Source: Fistulifera solaris (lineage: Eukaryota). From it: a DNA stretch of 64,000 nt. Positions within the stretch are counted from its first letter, which is position 1. Every line of letters starts with the position of its first letter. The position numbers were made by a program, and so were the translations under genes. The stretch lies in NCBI GenBank assembly GCA_030295235.1, contig AP026126.1, forward strand, positions 806,001-870,000, read 5' to 3'. The notes under the pieces are model-generated. The model was given only the letters and a program-made list of their open reading frames with translations, made no database searches and had not been told where the DNA came from. Positions 1-12,134 of the stretch are shown in pieces.

Positions 1-2
1 AC

Positions 3-359
3 AGCGCTGTCATCCTTTTCAACCTAGGACTAAGTCTTCACGGAGAAACGTTGATGGGAAGTGAATCCTCCTTGAGAAGGGTCACCCATATCTACCGCAT
101 GAGTTTACAGATCCTTGAGAACGTCTCTCCAATGTGTCCGTCCGCTATCGTTGTCGCAATTGCTGCTTTAAACAACAAGGCCGCGATACACTTCGAGCTC
201 TGTCAGTATAATGAGTCAAAAAGGTGCTGGGCTGAGCTCTCGCAACTCTTTGAATCTGCTCAAACAGTGATGCATGCTACTTTGGACGCCAAGGCAATGG
301 AACGTATATTCATGAACTTTCACATGGCCAATTTCCCATCAGCCGCGGGGGCAGCATGA
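3..359 (+). CDS. 3' end of a hypothetical helical (TPR-like) protein, truncated by the window edge
   Basis: Frame is open from position 3 (SAVILFNLGLSLHG...ALNNKAAIHFEL...FPSAAGAA*). The FNLGL and LNNxA helices are TPR-like. Confidence 0.6.
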   Translation, partial: SAVILFNLGLSLHGETLMGSESSLRRVTHIYRMSLQILENVSPMCPSAIVVAIAALNNKAAIHFELCQYNESKRCWAELSQLFESAQTVMHATLDAKAMERIFMNFHMANFPSAAGAA

Positions 360-567
360 TTTAGGACTCGCAATTTTGATTTATTTCGCGATTTTGTTAT
401 ATCTAAGATTACTTTAAATTGTATATAGACGGCAAGGTGCACATTAGCGTTAGGGTGTTGTCAAAAGTAGTTATAGAATAGTTTTTCGTAGGCGATGCTC
501 ATCAAATACCGAAGCATATATCAAGCGGCGACTTGGACGAGCACTTAGCCACACTAAGTATCTCTAT

Positions 568-1781
568 TTACATAGACATCGCGATAGCGTTTCGCTCGTA
601 TCGAACTTGATTCGCAATAATTGCAATGACGACGTGTAATGCTAGGTCCGAGTTTTTGGCAAGATGCATTTTCATTTGCTGCGTATGAAAGCTGTGTTCC
701 CATTTCCAGTAGGCGACTAGTGGTTCTTCCTTGTTACTCGACACCTCATCGATCAAAGTTCCTTTCCTTTCATCAACGATTGCGGCTGCCTTCGAGTCGT
801 CATCCATTACAGTGCTTTGAGCATTTACACCTCCCGGCTGCATCAGGCGTCCTTGGGCCATAATTAACGGAGAGACACTAGCTTCGTCTTCTATGGTTTT
901 CTTAGAATTGCTTTTTAAGTGTTCAGCGATATCTTGTTGATCCAAGGACAAAACCTGCTCTTTTGAAACTCGGCTGGTTTGGTGATTTCCAATGAGTCTG
1001 GTGTAAATTTCTTCACAAAGTATCAAATGATTGTCTAGGTCTAAAACTCCTTCCATAGGTTGTCGTGAAGTAACCGTACTGTGCAAGACTTTTCTTGACT
1101 TTTCGCGGAAGCTTTGAGAGTGTTTCTGTAGCCAATGTTGAACGTTACTGGTTGCATCTAAAACACTTTTCGAAGACGCGCTTATCGAAAATTTCGATGA
1201 AAGTTTGTCGACAGTATTCTCACGCTGAGATGAGCACTTTGTAGCATTGCTGTCGTGACTTAATACATTATTTAAGGTAGCGGTCTCCGTTGCAGAGCCT
1301 TGATCATTGCGATGTCGGTCACGTTCCTGATCAATTTCATCAACGTGGAAGGTACTAGTCACTCTATCCGTCCCGTTCAAAGACTCTCCAGGATGATCTA
1401 ACGCCTTACCTTCGTGGTCACTTACTTGCATGGACTTTTCTTTCATCATTTCCTTCGGAGGTGGACCAAAAAGGCCGCAACGGCAAGATGACGCGACCAG
1501 CTTACTGTGACACACAATCGCTTGTAAAGTTGAATGGGACGATCCATATACAAATCAGTATTGGCTAACTGCTGCTCTGCCTTCTCGGACTCTTCTGTAT
1601 CCGGTTCCTGGTTTGCAAAGCTTTGAGAACCGAATCTGTAAACAATCCAGTATCTTCTCGCGAGGTCCGAATGCACACGCAGCTTGTAACTGCCCATTTC
1701 TTTTCCCAAAACATCAAAGCTGCAAACCGTCCCGGGGACTTGCCGAGTTGTGTAAAGTAGATTATTGTTTGAATCGGTCAC
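568..1781 (-). CDS. Hypothetical protein (one frameshift near 1500)
   Basis: Overlapping ORFs 1446..1781 and 568..1515 join into a ~400-aa protein. The C-terminus (YWKWEHSFHTQQMKMHL...LHVVIAIIANQVRYER) looks ordered; no family recognised. Confidence 0.6.
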
Positions 1782-2449
1782 ATCGAAATCACGTTGATTG
1801 GAAACCCTTTTTTATAATGAAGAAGAGGCCAAAGTGGTCGGTGGGCGGGGCGCCGTCGATTGTATTTAGTGAGCTTTCTATTTTCCCATCTGCCTTTTCC
1901 CAATCAGTTTCCTCCAGCAAAGACGAAGCACCTCCCATTTTCGCAATCACCGGGCCTCCGATTCATTCGACATTGCTGACACTTCGACTTTATTCATTCG
2001 CACCTCCGGGCTATCCCTTGTGCTTGTGGGGCAACGGTGATCGATGATGGTGAATGGTGATCATTATTTTTTCCCCTTATTTTTTCTTCTCAACGTCTTG
2101 CTTCAGCCGTCTATAAAAACTCTGCGAAACATCGAACTACAGTAAAATAATTTAGCTTAACAAATTGCTATGCCGGCGCGCAACGGCCTGGACTGGAATG
2201 TCAACGGCTTGCGGAACAAGAAAGCACACGCTTTGTTACCTGGTACCAGTACCGGTATCGGTACCTGGTAACTTGTTGGTTTCAAACACGACGAAAATTG
2301 CCCCTCGTTTTCGCCCACCAATTCGTTCCTGTTTTTGCAACAAATTGCGATCGTTGCAAAACATCTGATTTGCTGCACGCACACACAGGTAAATCGCTCC
2401 TCTCTTGCTAAGCTTGCTATTCTCTCGCTTCACTTTATTACATTGAGAA

Positions 2450-4827
2450 ATGTCCGAAACCGAACTGCCGGATGGCTTCGACGGATACGTGGAAATTTCG
2501 GTGGACCCCGGGGCATCCGTTCTCATTAGCACAATAGTGATATGCGCTTTGATGCTGGGGGTTCTTCCATTCTTAATAGAAGGTCAACGCAGAATACAGA
2601 AGAGAAAGATTGCAGACGATTTGTTGCTATCAAATGAACGACATGAAGATGGGACGTCGACGCGAGAGAACAAAGTAAGTTGCTTCGCAAAACACGAGCC
2701 GGTTATTCAAAAAGTGGTCGAAATCTTCTCACGATATACTCTATTGCTTGAATAGAAACAAACAGATAAGCCCGAGGATGACGACAGTGACGACGAATCC
2801 AGCGACTCGGATGAATCCGGTGCGGCCGAACACATGGTTCACGTTATTCTGGATGCGCATCCTCGATCCGGTGTCAACAAAACTCGTGTACAGAAAGGAG
2901 TGAATAAAGTCGAGCTAGGAGAGTTTAGCGCAGGATCTTATACGCCAAGAACGAAGCACAAGAGTCCGGAAGGTATCGAAGTGGAACTCACTGACGATGG
3001 TAGTGTCAGCCACCAATCGGCTCTGCTTCAGCTAGATGACGACGCATTGTCGAACGATGAACGTGATGGTGAAGAAAGAGCGGAAAATGAATTTGCTGAA
3101 AACAGTACCCCCTTTTGGAAACCGGCAGCGTGGGGTGGAATTTTTGATTCGCTACTGGAAGTTGCCGAATACGATTACGAGATGAAACGAATTCTGAGGC
3201 TGGCTTGGCCATTTGTGGGTCAATCCCTTATAGAGGGCCTATCGGAAGCTGTTAATGTAGCTCTTGTTGGTCGCTTTGTCAACACGAGAGCAATGGCAGC
3301 CTATGTCGGTGTTGATATGTTGATTGGACTATCGGCTAGTTTCTTATCGGGCTTCAAGGATTCGTTGCAAGTCTTGCTAAGTCAAGCAATCGGCGCTAGG
3401 AATAAGGTTTTGGCTGGTCAGTACATGCAGATCAATATGATCTTCTTCATCGTGCTGTTCTCTCCTATCGCTCTTTTCTGGGTAGTATATATGGAAAGCA
3501 TACTCAAATGGTTCGGTTATGACGAAGACATCGTAAAGCTTGGTGTTGATTTTTCGCGGATATATATTTTCGTTCAAGTGATGGACACGGTTTCGGATCA
3601 GATTCACGCACTCTTGGATGTGATTGATCGAGAAAACTATAGCACCGTTTTTGGCATGGGAGAGGACGCTTTAAAGACGTTCGGTATTCTGATGGTTGGC
3701 TTGGGCAACAACCCCACACTTGATAAGATTGGTCTTGTGCAGCTTCTTGTTGGTGCCCTGGGTATGTTTATAAACGTTATGTATGTCATGTACAAAGGCT
3801 GGTTTGACTCGTTTCTCGGTGGTATGGTCGGAACTTTCGCAATGCTTGTAAGTACCAATGTTCTTTATCATAAAATTGAAATTATCCGATTCTGACAAGC
3901 CCTGCCTTCGACAGAACTTCAAGGCTGTCAGACTTTCGTTTAAGACGTCCGTATCCCTATGTGTGGGCAACGTAATTGCTTATGGGGAATGGGAGATGTT
4001 AACGCTGCTTACAAGGTATGGTTTCGGTAAAAACTGTGTTGCGGCTTGTACTTTTCTGACGTGAATCCTTCACTTTTAGATCGTTGGGTCAGGCTGAAAT
4101 TACTGCATGGGCATTACTTGGAACGCTGTGGGATATTGTAAGCACGAGAAAGGTGAATTCGGTGTTGCTGTCGCTCACAACTAACAATTGCGCTTTCTGA
4201 CAGGTTGAAATGGTGTCGGAGGCCGTTGCCGACGTTTCTGAGGTTCGTGTGGGCAAATTAATGGGAGCTGGTCGACCGGAGAAAGCCAAACTTTCTGCCT
4301 ACAAAACAATTTATCTCGCCGTTTTCGTCGCGACTTCTTTCACATCCATACTTTTCATTCTCGGCGATAATATCCCTTACTTCATGACCACTGATTCAAC
4401 GTTACAGAAGATGATGATTGAGTTAATACCTTTGTTCGGGATTGGTAACATAGCATTGGCGTTGGGAACGCAAGCTTGGACTATTGTGGGTTCCCAAGGT
4501 AGATATCGCCTTTCAACAGCTGTCGGTGCGGCTGGAAGCTGGCTCGTTACTATCCCACTTGCTGTGATACTGACTGTTATCCTAAAGATCGATCTCCAAG
4601 GACAGACAGCTGCTGTTGTTATTGGGTATATGGCGAGTGGCACAGTGAACTCGTATATTCTCTTCACTTCCGACTGGGAGAAATTATCCCGTCAAGTAAG
4701 GGAGGACCAAGAGGGAATCAGTTCCAGCGACTCTAGCAGCAGTGGGAGCAACAGCAGTGCGAGTAGTAGTAGCAGCAGCAGCAGCAGTAGTAGCAGTGGG
4801 AGCAGTAGTAGCGATGTTGACAGATGA
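2450..4827 (+). CDS. MATE-family (multidrug and toxic compound extrusion) transporter, 5 exons, Ser-rich C-terminal tail
   Basis: MATE-like segments EMKRILRLAWP, LLSQAIGARN, VRVGKLMGAGRPEKAK and multiple TM helices. GT-AG introns at ~2675-2755, 3848-3914, 4016-4079 and 4138-4203. Confidence 0.9.
4720..4812 (+). repeat. AGC/AGT trinucleotide run encoding poly-serine at the MATE C-terminus
   Basis: agtagtagt agcagcagca gcagcagtag tagcagt...; translates to SSSSSSSSSSSSG. Confidence 0.85.
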
Positions 4828-5196
4828 TATGTATAAATTGGTATTAAAAGGTTAGGGTTCTATTTGCGGAGGATAGCGTTTAATGTTGACAGCGTATAGC
4901 GTATATGAGCAGAACCGGATTCGATTAGATGTGAAGTTGTACGGAGCGTTTATGTATTTGCAATATGTACACCTGTGAAAAATCACGGTACAAGAAGTCA
5001 GGGCTCATGATCAGGATCTTGATTTCATCAGCAAATTAATGTTCAGCGTTGTTTTGGAGTGCGTTATATGCATAATATGATTAGGATAGCGTAGAGAAAT
5101 GGTTGTATGCCGATCGAAGTCTGGGATCAAAGAGCAGGGATTATGTTCAGAGTGCTGCTTGTGGTAAAATAAACGGAGCGCGAAACTGGCTCATAT

Positions 5197-5496
5197 TTAG
5201 ATTGACCCAATAAAGAAGCCCCAAGCTTTTTCTTCATTGTCAGGGGCGGCTGACAAGAGTTGTGAGTGTTTGACTTCACTTTGTTCGTATGTGCATGAAG
5301 AGGCTAGCGAACACAAGTCCGTCTTGTAGGATTTTCGCGTGACTGCGCTGCCCCAACCGTTGCTCAAACTCTCGCCGCTGGCGGTTGGCGAGAAGCTGGA
5401 ACGAAAGCCGACGCACGTAGGTCGATGTTCGGTTATGGTGCACAGGTCCATGCAACTAGCGAGAATTTCAACTCCGGTCTGTCGATCATAGATCAT
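5197..5496 (-). CDS. Small (99 aa) intronless protein of unknown function, paralog of 10735..11040
   Basis: Shares ILASxMxLxTIxE, WG...RKSYKTDLxxLA and C-terminal WGFF motifs with the 10735..11040 ORF, which supports real coding status. Confidence 0.75.
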   Translation of the reverse strand: MIYDRQTGVEILASCMDLCTITEHRPTCVGFRSSFSPTASGESLSNGWGSAVTRKSYKTDLCSLASSCTYEQSEVKHSQLLSAAPDNEEKAWGFFIGSI

Positions 5497-6464
5497 CGTG
5501 CTTGCTTTGCGTTAGTTCTGTTAAGGAACAAGAATTTTATGGAATAAATGGGAAGAGGATGGAGGAAAGATGAAACGCGTCGAAAGTTTTTGATTGTCAA
5601 ACGTCAACTCGCCATCGGCCACGTTGTTGACACTTTTGGCACGAAAGAACACCGAAAAAGTCATAATTTAAAACACAGAGGAGGTCTCCTCGATGTCCGA
5701 TGACTTGTATCATGTTGGGCAAGAAATCGGAAATCGAAAATCAGAGTCTGACTTCAAAAATCGAACTTCAAATTTATGACTGCAAGTCATCCTTCTTCAA
5801 CTTCAACCTTCAACGACACAACGTTTACAATGTGAAAAGTTAATGCAGCCATTTTTACCAGGTATGTATTTTTTGTTAGGCCGATTAAGCCATTGACAGT
5901 GTGCCAGTGTGACACGCCACCACACTCGGCACTCGACACCAGTGGCCGTGTCCCGCGTCCATCCGCATCACAGCGTTATTCGTTATCCCTAACCTTCCAT
6001 ATTCTTTCGTCGTTCGTCGTTCGTCGTCCGCGTTCGCGTCACGACATCACACTCCGCGAAAAGTGACGTGGACATGCTAAACTTTTGGCCATTTCTACAC
6101 GTTATCCAATACTCATAGTTGGAGTAGAGAATGCTCGACGAAGATGCGCTTTGGACCATCTGCTTGCCATCAGCTAAAAAAACTTGCGCGAGAAAAATAG
6201 TTAACGATTCCGCGATTAGTCCGCCGACGGCCAACAAAAAATTAGAGAACCAGCCTTTTTCGATCTTTTGCGTGGACCATTCTCCGCACCTCAATGCATT
6301 CCGAAAATATAGATCGGCCATCGGATGAGAAGTGTTGGTCGTTCGAAAAGGACAAGACACTTTATGCATGAAACTTCCGAGACAGCTAACTTGGCGTAGA
6401 GCGTGGAGGTGCATGGAGAATTAATCGAGAGCAAGGTAGCACAGCTGGCATTAGACATTTCAAG

Positions 6465-7463
6465 ATGGTCTTCAAATTGGAAAAGGACTTGAGAAGTTCG
6501 AAAAGTAGTTCCAGCGTCGACAAAGTAGCGAATGATCCGAAATATGCAGCACAATCAAATGTTGTCCCTTCTGCTACCTCTGAAATGGCTAAACTTCCTA
6601 GCTTACAATCTCAACTAGACGAAAGTCGGCAAACAACAGATGGGGATGTTGTTGTCCAGAAACCGTTCTTCATCATGGATTGGCTCGAACAAGTCGATCA
6701 AGCGGATCTAGAACGAGCTCAGCGGATGCTCAAGACGCCACAAAAAAAGAGCCGCTCCAATTCTCAAAACTTTCTGTCCGATTTTGTTGCCCCCACGAGT
6801 CTTTTTGCGTCTGAGTCATCGCAGTCGTCCCGTGGATCGAATGAACAAGGATTATCGCCCACTTCTTTTTTTCGCAGAAGAAGTATATCCATGGGGGTTG
6901 GATGGAATGCCAAAGGCCTGGCAAAGGCCAAGAACGGATTGTGGGAAGACGCGCTTGCTTGCTGGGAAAACGCTCTAGCCATCCGTGTCCAGGTCCTGGG
7001 CGAAGACCACATTGATGTTGCCAATACCTACAACAATATGGGGATTGCGTATGGCAAGCTAGATCAACCTTCACAAGCCATCTCCGCACTGCAAAAGGCT
7101 TTAGAAATACGCATCAAAGAGCATGGCGAGAAGCATTCTGAGGTAGCTGCAACTTTGCACAATATCGGGAATATTCTCCAACAGAGCGGCGATCTTGAAG
7201 CAGCCATTGGGTATTTCACTCGTGCAAAAGATGTGCAAGAAAGCATTTTTACGCATCAACACGTCCAGGTAGCTCGTGCCTGTGTCGCGATGGGCCATGC
7301 CTTTTTCCAGGGAAAGCATTACGAAAAGTCTCACGAGGCCTTTTGTGAAGCCTTGGTGATTTTTGAGCGTTTGAGAGACGGAGAAGACTTGGCTGTGGAG
7401 ATTGAAGCAACACGTAACGAGATACAAGACATTGAAGAGATGATGTATCCCTCAGCAAACTGA
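6465..7463 (+). CDS. TPR-repeat protein (kinesin-light-chain/TPR_12 type) with disordered N-terminus
   Basis: Repeats LGEDHIDVANTYNNMGIAY, HGEKHSEVAATLHNIGNIL and HQHVQVARACVAMGHAF; intact 332-aa ORF. Confidence 0.9.
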   Translation: MVFKLEKDLRSSKSSSSVDKVANDPKYAAQSNVVPSATSEMAKLPSLQSQLDESRQTTDGDVVVQKPFFIMDWLEQVDQADLERAQRMLKTPQKKSRSNSQNFLSDFVAPTSLFASESSQSSRGSNEQGLSPTSFFRRRSISMGVGWNAKGLAKAKNGLWEDALACWENALAIRVQVLGEDHIDVANTYNNMGIAYGKLDQPSQAISALQKALEIRIKEHGEKHSEVAATLHNIGNILQQSGDLEAAIGYFTRAKDVQESIFTHQHVQVARACVAMGHAFFQGKHYEKSHEAFCEALVIFERLRDGEDLAVEIEATRNEIQDIEEMMYPSAN

Positions 7464-8070
7464 GAGATGCGCCGGGAAGATAGAAGAATTTTTACACATT
7501 TTACACAGATACATACAGGAAACGGGACATTGCGGCAGCGGACCATCGTTAGATTATACTCGTAAAAAATAGAAATTGTCAAGTCAAAGATTGAACCGGG
7601 AGTACGAAGCCGTAGAGACTAGACACAGTTCAATTTTTTTGGGTATAATTCTCCACGACTGCATTCAGTCATGAATCATCTACTATTTTCCGATTTTGAC
7701 TGCTACCTAAAATCTGTTCTTTATGCTAACCTGATAAGTTACATGTGTCGTCAATCTGATGTTACTACCATCAGTATTATTTTTATGCACGCCTCAATTC
7801 ATGATATTTGAAAATCGTTGCAGTTGGTTGACTATTCCATTTGACTATAACCTAAAGTGTAGGCGACCTTTCGTCACGACTGGATTTCAGTCATGAACAC
7901 CACCAATTTTCCATTCTCGCCTTGTTCTCGCGATCGCATTTTCGTCGCGATCTTTTTCTTCTCGCTCATGCATTTGCATGGATTAGTAAACAGTATAGCT
8001 ATTCATTCTAAATATCTTGCTGAAGAAACATTTTGGAGAGAGAAAAAAGCGACACACTGGGCCATGACTC

Positions 8071-10482
8071 ATGGAAGAATCGGGTAATCGCGTCCGTCTT
8101 GAGCTTCACGCCTCGAAGCTGAAGGGTTCTAAGTTTGGAAAATCTGCACCCTTTGCTGTAGTGATTCTTCTTTCGAGTGATCCTCGCGATGCGCCAGTAA
8201 TTTTGGGGCGAACAAAGGCGTAAGTATATAGTGCTGATTCAGCGTTAGAATCGTTCGTACTCTGAGTTGAATCTCTTTCTCTTTAGCGTACCGGGTACAC
8301 TCAACCCGCACTGGACTGAGGTTTTCCAGATCGATTACGAAATTGGGCAAGAGACCCGCGTTAACATTGGTGTTTATGATGAGCTGTCAAAGAAGGAAGG
8401 AGTGAACAAGCCAATGGGCTCAGCTGTCTTCGAAATAGGAGATGTACTCGGTGCGAGAGGTAATACGAAGGCCAAAAAGCTACGGCAAGGCGGAACGTTG
8501 TTCGCAAGGGTAACCGAGTACAAGGCGACAACGGACGACATAATCGCTATAAAGCTTCAAGGCAAGGGCCTTGCGAATACAGAGCGCGCCTGGGGTGTTT
8601 CGAATCCATTCTTTGAGATCTCAGCGAGAATTCAGATAGCAGGTAGTCTTGTTTGGCATCCGGTTTTCCGCTCCGAAATCGTACAATCCAACTTGAACCC
8701 GATTTGGCCGGAATATTTGGTTCCCTTAGAACGTCTCTTGGGTGATGCAAACAATATGAACAGCCCAATTTTAGTTAGTGTTTATCATCTTTCAAAAAGG
8801 GGGGATGTAAGCCCATGGGCTCGTTTGAAACAAGCGTAAAGGACATCCTGACCGAGGATCTCTCGAGTCCAAAACTGTTTACATTGATGAGAAAAAACAA
8901 ACCACGTGGGGAGATTTACGTTGTTGAGGCTATGTTAGGGGGGAAAGGACAGGTTAAACGATGCTGACGAGTGTGCTTCACTTGGTCAGCCAGACGGTGT
9001 CGTCGGTCAGTCTCATCGGATGCCGTCGGATGGTCTTCACAGCTCTTCCACTAGCCAAGTGCCAAGTCCGTATGCTGTCCACGGAAACTTTGCAAATGAT
9101 CAGATTCTGGATTCGAAATCAAGTCTTACATCGAATCTCACTGACGATGATAGCTGTGTGGAAATATCATTGGGAGACCTTCCCCGCCTATCGCTCCTCC
9201 AATGATGAAGCCTAGTTTTCTCGATTATATCTCAGGAAGCTGTGAATTAAAGCTATCCATTGCAATTGACTTTACTGGATCGAATGGTGATCCGAGACAA
9301 CCAGGTACTCTCCATTATGTTCACCCGAACGGACAACTCAATGATTATGAGAAAGCAATCACGGCTGTTGGATCGATTATAGCTAAGTACGATTCCACAA
9401 AGATGCATGCAGTCTTTGGTTTCGGAGCTAAATTTGAAGGTGAAGTTCGCCATTGCTTTCAAATCAGTAATTCCCTTTATTTGAATGGTGTTGCTGGAGT
9501 GATCGATGCCTATCGTTCTTTCTTTCGACGAGGAATTACCATGAGCGGTCCAACAGTGTTTGCAGAATGTATTGATTATGTCGCTGCATTAGCACGAACA
9601 GAGCTAGAAATCGCGGAACGTAGCAATTCACAAGCTTACCAAATTCTATTGATCTTGACGGATGGCGCTGTCACAGACATTCAGCAAACGCGCAAGTCTT
9701 TGGAAAATGCTAGAGACGCCCCGTTGTCCGTCGTGATAGTAGGGATTGGCGGTGCGGATTTTAGCGCCATGAAGTTTCTTGATGAATTTCAGGAAAGTGT
9801 TGCGGGTGGACGTGATATATGCACATTTGTTGAATTCTCGTGCTTTGTAGATAATCGTAGTGCTTTATCCAAAGCAACGTTGTGTCAAATTCCGAAACAA
9901 TTGGTGGATTACTTTTACGGGAAAGGAATATTGCCCTTCTTCTCGACAGAAGGCGGCTCTAATTATGCGGCATCAGATCCTGACGATTGTGATATCGACT
10001 TGAATCTGAGAATCGATACGTCAGGGAGAATGTCGTTTGTCAATTACCAAGGTGCAGTGTTTGACGACACCAAGTATGATACTGCGTCAAGTTTGGCGCG
10101 ACGCTCAAAAGGATATCCATCTTCATTGAGGCTTTCATCCAGTCAAAGCGCTCAAGGTCATGTGTCGGATGCGCCTTTACGATCTTCTACTTCAACGACG
10201 AATGCATTATTTTATGTGCAAGTTCCTGAGGGTGGCTATTCAGGAATGCAACTCCAGGTAGAGAATCCTGCGACTCGGCAAATTTTGCTAGTGACTGTAC
10301 CAGAGAACGTAGGGCCAGGTGATCGCTTTGGTATACCTTTGAATCTTTATCATGTTCAAGCGCCACATGATTTCAATCCTGGAATGCAGCTCTGCGTACA
10401 TCATCCTATAACTCGACAAATGCTTTTGGTGACAATACCCGGTGGAGTTCAACCGGGAGGGTGGTTCAGTATTCCTTTGTAA
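8071..10482 (+). CDS. Copine (two C2 domains + vWA) with a duplicated C-terminal module
   Basis: Exon 1 from ATG 8071 (MEESGNRVRLELHASKL...LGRT), intron 8220-8286. C2 motifs TLNPHW and SNLNPIW; vWA motifs IAIDFTGSNGDPR, SGPT and LLILTDG. Frameshifts near 8805, 8940 and 9200. Confidence 0.9.
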
Positions 10483-10734
10483 AATTGATTCTTCCTGCGG
10501 CATCGAAATGTGTGCGGGCTATCTAGAGGTATGTTACGGCAGCTAAACTATTTTGCGAAACAAGCTACGAATACCGTATACCATGTATGTGAACAAGTAC
10601 TTTAACCTGTGTATGATGTTCAGATACGAGCCGCATCGTTTATTAGGCATATATACATAGCATAGCAGCTTTGAGGAGAGGCGAAATGGAAAATTGAGTG
10701 AATGTACATGAGTTTGTGTGGTCGTTTGCTGAAA

Positions 10735-11040
10735 TCAGTCTTCGTCCATGAAAAATCCCCATTCTTCGGTGTCATTCGGGGGCGCAGGCGCTGCGAAGCT
10801 GCTTGTCGTATTGGAGGGCGTGATACAAGCCAATGCAGACAAGTCGGTCTTGTAGGACTTTCTCGACTCAGGTGTGCCCCAGCTTTCGCTGAAATTTCGT
10901 CCGTGTCGCGAGGAGCTCATTGGAGAGTTGAATCCGTTGTACGATGGGGAGCCTTCGGAGATGGTGACGAGCATCATGGCTGAGGCCAAGATGTCAGTGC
11001 TCCTCTCCAATCGCATGTTGCTTCGTATTTGACAAGTCAT
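10735..11040 (-). CDS. Small (101 aa) intronless protein of unknown function, paralog of 5197..5496
   Basis: DILASAMMLVTISE, ESWGTPESRKSYKTDLSALA and EEWGFF match the 5197..5496 product. Confidence 0.75.
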   Translation of the reverse strand: MTCQIRSNMRLERSTDILASAMMLVTISEGSPSYNGFNSPMSSSRHGRNFSESWGTPESRKSYKTDLSALACITPSNTTSSFAAPAPPNDTEEWGFFMDED

Positions 11041-12134
11041 CGCTCCAATTGTTTAGTGATGATAGTCAAGCGTTAAGTTTTTATGAGATTATGCGATTAG
11101 AATAGCACGAAAGGTTGTAGCAATTCAAATTGATTGTCTCGCTACGTGTTCACTTTTGGTGTCCAAGATTCAGAAACGTAATCTGATGCGTAGCGGGAGA
11201 GGATGATGTCATTTGGCAAAGTACTTTATGAGCTAGAGTTATCTCAAACATAAATTCAGAAAGTGGACCCGTTCGGCATAACGTCAGCGTCTTCGACCTT
11301 CCAAGATCGTGCAGAGCTTCAATACTTTGTACTTGCGCCGATTGCTCAACCAAGAAAACAAGAAGACAAAGCTGTAGTGCCTTGCAGCAACTGGCAATCA
11401 TATTCTGTCGACTTCCTTTGCATTGAGCTTGCCATTCGTAGCTGTTCGTGAGCTGCTGCATTTTTGCTTCGTCTTGACGTGTCAAGAGGGTCAGCTTCAG
11501 TTGATCGTTGATCGTTGATCGAGCGGGACGACACACAATAAGACATAAGGCTTGCTTGTTACGCACGAGCAGCGCGCGCAATTGGAAGGCGAGCATATGC
11601 CTTAGCACATTTTCACAGAAGACCCACCGTCCTGTGTTCTGGGGAAATCTCATTCCCACAACAGAATGCCAGAGACGATCTTCATACGGATCATCGACTT
11701 TTTTCCTTTATTCGACGCATATGTTCAACCCGCCCTTGAGGGTGAAGCCATAAGAGTAGATGGGCCATTTGCTACTGTGAAGCTGTAGACTTGAGCAAGA
11801 TGACAGTTTCGCCTGCTCGGTGCAACAAAATCCAGAAGTTACAGCTGTTTGACGCGTCGACCTTTTATTGTGGGGAAACGTTATTTACTCTGCGTCTTCC
11901 ATGATATTTGAGGCGTGTATTTCCCCTTACCTTTGTGAAGCCTCGAAAGGCATAACAGCCTTTGTTCGTGAAGTGACGCCGACGGGAGAAAGAGACGAAG
12001 TGAGACTTCTTGGAACGCTCTCTGTAGGCGGTGGCCCCTCGAATCAACTAATCAGGTAAAACTCTTGCATCATGAGCAAGTACGAACTACTGTAGTAATG
12101 AGAGATAAAAATATTTTGATGGAATTTTTTTATG

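Noticed and set aside
5989..6414. 141-aa minus-strand ORF upstream of the TPR gene, and similar antisense ORFs throughout the window
   Set aside because: No motifs; these overlap promoter/UTR regions or are antisense shadows of well-supported genes.
11150..12100. ORFs 11150..11659 (-) and 11868..12059 (+) as genes
   Set aside because: No recognisable motifs, non-ATG or doubtful starts, and in-frame stops on extension. It may be a decayed gene remnant, but I cannot support that.
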